From Eledone cirrhosa (taxonomy: Eukaryota): 64,000 nt of DNA. The stretch covers positions 312,542,001 to 312,606,000 of the forward strand of contig OZ024742.1 of the NCBI GenBank assembly GCA_964016885.1. The letters run 5' to 3'. The notes beneath the pieces are model-generated. The model was not told the origin of the DNA. It was given only the letters and a program-made list of their open reading frames with translations, and ran no database searches. Made by a program: the position numbers and the translations under genes. This document shows positions 58,714 through 64,000 of the stretch, one piece after another (position 1 is the first letter of the stretch; every line of letters begins with the position of its first letter).

Positions 58714-59727
58714 TGCTCACCATTTTCTAAACATATTAATATATAATATATATTATTCAACGTGTTGGTTGTTCCAGATCTTATATTTTACATTATATAG
58801 AGAGAATGTAAAAGAGATATACAGAGAGAATTAACATGTGGGTTGAAATGAGAATATAGATACTGACCAGAGTGACAGGTAAAAATAGAAAGAGTTAGAG
58901 CAAATGCTCATGTGAGAATACACGTGCGTATGCACATACAAGTAACTGTTTTCTGCTTACAGCATTTATACGAAGTTATATTTTCTTTTCACTCTTTCAT
59001 CGTTGACGATTTGAATAAACATGTATAAATTATATATTTTCTTTTTCTCAAATCGCTGCTTAATTTATTTAATACTGCATTTGCAATAACTTAAAAGTGT
59101 GAGTGTCCCAAATGTGGAAAATAACTAATAACATTTGATCACTATAAATATTTGAGAAAATTAAACTCCTTAGCTGGCAATCTACATGATATAAAGACAT
59201 CCAGTACATACTATAAAGAGGTTGGTGATAGGAAGGGCATCCAGCTGTAGAAAGCTTACCAAACAAAGGGTTGGGAGGAAGCTTCAGTTTGTGTCTAAAG
59301 ACACGACTCCTAGGCACTCAACAGAGCATATGACTATACATATGCGAGAAAACTTAAGGAAGAATTACTTTTTAAAATGTTGCTCATGCTGTTGAGGAAC
59401 TTGATGGTATGAGTGTGTGTGTGAGAGAGAGAGGGAGTACTAAAAGAATATTTTTTTTACATAATTATGAATAAAATATTCCATTTTGGTTATTTAAGAC
59501 ATTTATTAAACTTATTCAATTTATTTCATTGTGTTGTGTATATGTATTTAAGTACTGTATATATGTCTACACTGTAATGTGGTTTGCATTAGGAAAGGTA
59601 TCTAATTGTAGAAACCAAACCAAAATACAGATCTGTATGAACAAAACGTGATCTCTAGACCTAACTTGTCACATTGTGTGACAACCCATCTAGCCCATAC
59701 AAGCATGGAAAAACACATTAGATGATG

Positions 59728-59775
<48 letters not shown>

Positions 59776-59782
59776 TTTTTAA

Positions 59783-60032
59783 CCCTTTTGATACCAACCT
59801 GTTTGAAACCACCACTGGTTCTATTATAAAAAGCTGTTCATTTTAAAGCATTTCTGTTTATCTGAAAACTTTCCATCATAGTTCTATGTAAGAACCTTTG
59901 TTATATTACAGACACTAGTTTAATAGTGAGAAAGTTAGTTATATTACTAAATCCCTCCAAATTCTTGATTATTTAAAAAATGATTTGTACACTATAGGTG
60001 GAGTATTTCATGAGAAATATGGTAATGAAAAG
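59783..60032. mobile_element. MITE family P2
   Basis: TTAA|CCCTTTTGATACC...GGTAATGAAAAG|TTAA. Confidence 0.7.
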
Positions 60033-60997
60033 TTAAATCTTTTTTACCAAGCCAAAAGTGTGACTTTTTCTTCTTTGGTTATAATTCCATTCCCTATGAG
60101 ATTATCCTCCTCCACACCTCAATATAAAAATATGTTTAGCGTTAAAAAGATATAATGTCAGATTAAGAGAAATTGCCTGTCCCGTATTCAAATTGATCCC
60201 CTGTGAGGCATGCACTCCACATTCAGAGTCACTGCAGTATAAGATAATGTCACTTAAACAATTTAAGCATTTCACGAGGGAGTGACATAGACTAAGTTGT
60301 ACGATTTTACATATCTATTTTGTACACGTGTAGGTGTTAGTGACTACTTTTTTTTATATATATTTATTGCCTGTCAATCAAACATTAGTTCTTTTAATCA
60401 ACCATCCATATGCATGCTTGGAAATGACAATCCACAGAGGATAATTAAATGTGGGCATAGATGTGTGGTTTAGAGGTGTTGGCTTTGAGTTGAACAATAT
60501 CATTTCTTTTTTTTAATGATGATAGTGTATGATTTGTAAATTTTGCTGCTCTTTCTAGCGGGGGGAGAAAGCAGCCACTTAGGTGACCTCTAGCTGCCTC
60601 AAATGAAATTTGGTTGATGGAAAACATGAGGAAGTTTGAGCTCATCATAGGTGTATAAATGTGTGTATATATGTATATATGTGTATACATTTTGCCAATA
60701 TATAGGTGATTTGGGGTTGGTTGGTATGAAGTGTTGTCATCTCCTGACATGACTAGTAATAAAACTGGGTCTCTTATCAACTGAGTAAATCATATGTATC
60801 TTTATTTCAAGCAGTTAATACAGAGTAAGAAAGATACATAACATACACTCTATGTATTATATATTGGTTGCAAGTTTGCACATTTAGCAAGAGATGCTTT
60901 ACATCATTTTTTTTTTATCTGAATTAGAATAGTTCGCCATAATTTCATATAAGAATGTCTTGTTGCGCTATGTTACAAATACCATTTTAAGAATTAA

Positions 60998-61254
60998 CCC
61001 TTTAGCATTTATATTACTCTATATTTACTATTATATATTCGTGGTAAAGGCTTTACCTCACATAACATTGAATCTATAGGCTTTACCTCACATAACATTG
61101 AATCTATAGGCTTTACCTCACATAACATTGAATCTATGAGATTTTGATATAATTTATTTTGAGAACAATACCTTAACATTCACTGAGTGGCCAGTTACGG
61201 CCGGTTTGAACAGAAAGAGGTGAGAGAATTCTGGCTGGATATGGCTGGTTTAAA
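60998..61254. mobile_element. MITE family P1 with internal 30-bp triplication
   Basis: TTAA|CCCTTTAGCATTTA; GGCTTTACCTCACATAACATTGAATCTATA x3. Confidence 0.75.
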
Positions 61255-61581
61255 TAATTAATCATTTCAGTAAATTCCTTCAAATCCTTCATTAATTATT
61301 TAAAATACAGGGTATTTCATGAAAGGGTTAACTTTCACTGAGGCAATCTTTTTACAAAATGTATATACTATTCAATATTTTGGTAAGCAAAAGTAGAATA
61401 TGGAAAAAGTTGGATGGTTAAAACTACTGGCAAAATCTCAACCAATATTTGAGATTTTATTTTTATTTTTTTCAAAAAAACTTATTGGGTGGTCTCCATT
61501 CCAAAAATGTACAGCTTCATTTATTTAGTAAAATATTTTTCTTGTTTTAAATATTCTTACTGGTTCGATAAAATCATTTAA

Positions 61582-61788
61582 CCCTTCAGCATTTACATTA
61601 CTCTATATATAATATTGTATTTTCATAGTAAAGGCTTTATCTCACATAATATTGAATCTATGAGATTTTGATATTATTTATTTTGAGAACAATACCTTAA
61701 CATCAGCATGAGTGGGTAGTTACGGCCGGTTTGAACAGAAGAGGTGAAATAATTCTGGCCGGATATGGCCGGTTTAAATGCTAAAGGG
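61582..61788. mobile_element. MITE family P1, complete
   Basis: TTAA|CCCTTCAGCATTTA...TAAATGCTAAAGGG|TTAA. Confidence 0.85.
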
Positions 61789-62034
61789 TTAATATAATGT
61801 CTCTTTCAACACATCTCCCTCACTATCTATCCTCCAAGGTAACAAGAGTTTGCCATTTTATTCACAAGGACTATGAATCAACATCTATCTGATATGTAAA
61901 TACAATATTTATTCCAAACCTCCAACACTGATTATGAATAAATATTGACCCTATAGCTATATATTATAAATTCAATAGTTTTTTTTTGTTCACTTGTTTT
62001 TTCTTTGTTTTAATTTTATTATTTAATTGAATTA

Positions 62035-62330
62035 AGAGCGGTAGGTTGGCAGTATCAGTAGAGCGTCAGACACAATGTTTTGTGACATAGAGTTACGGCC
62101 CTTTACTTCCGAGTTAAAATCCCACTAAGATTAACTTTGCCTTTCTTCTTTACAGGGTCGATAAAATAAAGTACCAGTAACACACTGGGTTTGATTTAAT
62201 CAACTTTCTTCTCCTCTGAAACTATTGGCCTTCTGCCTAAATTAGACACCATTTACGGGGTCGATAAAATAAAGTACCAGTAATGTACTGGGTAATTTGC
62301 TGGCCTTGTGCCTAAAATAGAAACAATTAT
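62035..62330 (+). mobile_element. S1 SINE plus partial second copy
   Basis: GCGGTAGGTTGGCAG head; GGTCGATAAAATAAAGTACCAG twice. Confidence 0.8.
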
Positions 62331-62400
62331 TTAATTGAATTCTATCCAATATTTAGAACCTGTTCCAACATACCAATCAAGTTCATAAAATATATCCATA

Positions 62401-63135
62401 GACGCAGGCATGGATGAGTGGTTAAGAAGTTTGCTTCGCAACCAGTTGGTTCTGCATTCAGTCACGCTGCATGGCACCTTGGACAAGTTTCTTCTTCTAT
62501 AGCCTCAGGTTGCCCAATGCCGCGTGAGTAAAATTTGGTAGATGGAAACTGCAGAAGCCCATAACACACACACACACACACGTGTGTGTGTATTGTGTCT
62601 GTGTTTATGTCCTCTAACTTAGCAATTCAACAAAACAGGATTTGATAAAATTTTACTGGGTGCCCCAGCATACTTGCAAGCTGATGACAGCAACCAGTAA
62701 AATAATTGTTTCTACATTTTGGCACAAGGCCAACAATTATCACAGTATATTACTGGTACTTTATTTTATCGACCCCGTAAGGATGACATGCAAAGTTAAC
62801 CTCGGCGGGATTTGAACTCAGTCCGTAAAGGGACGTAACTATGCTGCAAAGCATGGCGTCCGACCCTCTACCAATACTGCCAATCCACCGCTAAAATAAT
62901 GCTTCCTGATTTAGGCACAAGGCCAGTTATTTCAGGGGAGGGGACAGTCAATTAAATCGACCCCAGTGCGTTATTGGTAATTTATTTTATCGACACAACC
63001 CTGTAAGGATGAAAGGTAAAGCGAACCCTGGTGGGATTTGAACACAGAATGCTATAACTCTATGCCACAAAGCATGGTGTCTGCCTCTCTACAGATACTG
63101 CCATCCATTGCCATCAACAACCAGTAAAATAATAA
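62401..63135. mobile_element. tRNA-derived SINE family S3 (+) with two S1 SINEs (-) nested in its tail
   Basis: S3 head GACGCAGGCATGG..AGTGGTTAAG; duplication CAACCAGTAAAATAAT at ~62691 and ~63118. Confidence 0.75.
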
Positions 63136-64000
63136 AACAATATATGTAATATTTTATACATACACTAAGTCTAAGTATATAAAAATTCCAAACATTACTT
63201 ACTTCTCAGAAGAAACCCCCCCCCCCCCCCCCCCAAGTACTAAATGATTGACTGGTTTCGAAACAGCGTTGAGATAAGAAATGACCAGCCAGTACCTGTA
63301 TCACAATTATACAAGAATACAACGGCTATTTCAGTAAGAATCCAAGCAGAAGTGCTTGACTCAAATTGTGCGTCATTCTATTTGTTTATCTGTATATTTG
63401 TTCTTCCTAATCAATGGATAGTAAAATGCTGGGAAGACAACACTGCTGTTACTATACAAGGGATATATAGATTGAGATTGAACGAATAAAAGATTCAGTT
63501 CAAACAAGATAAGAACAGACGCAAAAGCAACATACATACATTATATGCTAAATGTAGGGCATTGTAAAACGTATTTATTAAAAACTGTATGTATATATAT
63601 ATATATATATATATATACATACACACATATATATATGTGTGTGTGCATGTGTCCATGTATATACACACATATACAAATGTGTTTGTAATATTTACAATTA
63701 TAGATTTAAACTAAACACTCACACACACACGAGATTGAAAATTAAACTTGTGTTTTTCTGTGGTTTATATATACACACAATGTATATAATCTTTGGTTTC
63801 CAGGGTAACAGCTTGGTTTAGTGGAGCTAACTGTTGCCAGGAAGGAGAGGGTGGAGGAAGTAGAAGAGCAGAAGGGAGCAATGTACCAGAAGTTAGTGGA
63901 GGACCAGATGCATGCGTGTGGAGGTTGGCGCTGAGGGTTTGCAGCTCATTCCCTTAGCAAAACATAAAGAAATCTGGGCAAGCAGAAGGAAAGCTATCAG

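Overview
Repeat-dense, AT-rich animal genomic DNA, most likely a coleoid cephalopod (Octopus-like), judged from the tRNA-derived SINEs, RTE LINEs with (GAT)n tails and kilobase (TA)n arrays. No host protein-coding exon can be supported; nearly all listed ORFs are microsatellite or GA-repeat translations. The real coding remnants are a disrupted 5'-truncated RTE LINE (48.25-51.5 kb, APE + RT + C4HC3 PHD-like finger), several shorter RTE fragments and a CRE-clade C-terminal fragment. Also present are several SINE families, TTAA-flanked piggyBac-type MITEs, a hAT MITE with an 8-bp TSD and a Helitron-like element. The main observation is about nine sequence-distinct families of short non-coding elements, mostly inside (TA)n arrays. 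Most carry a hand-foldable type I hammerhead ribozyme (CUGANGA..GAAA..NUH), often share an RCTCY..GAGYRC hairpin before the 3' junction, and often occur as head-to-head palindromes, some breaking in ribozyme stem II. This fits Penelope-like/retrozyme-type elements. All structures were folded by eye, and coordinates may be off by a few nt.
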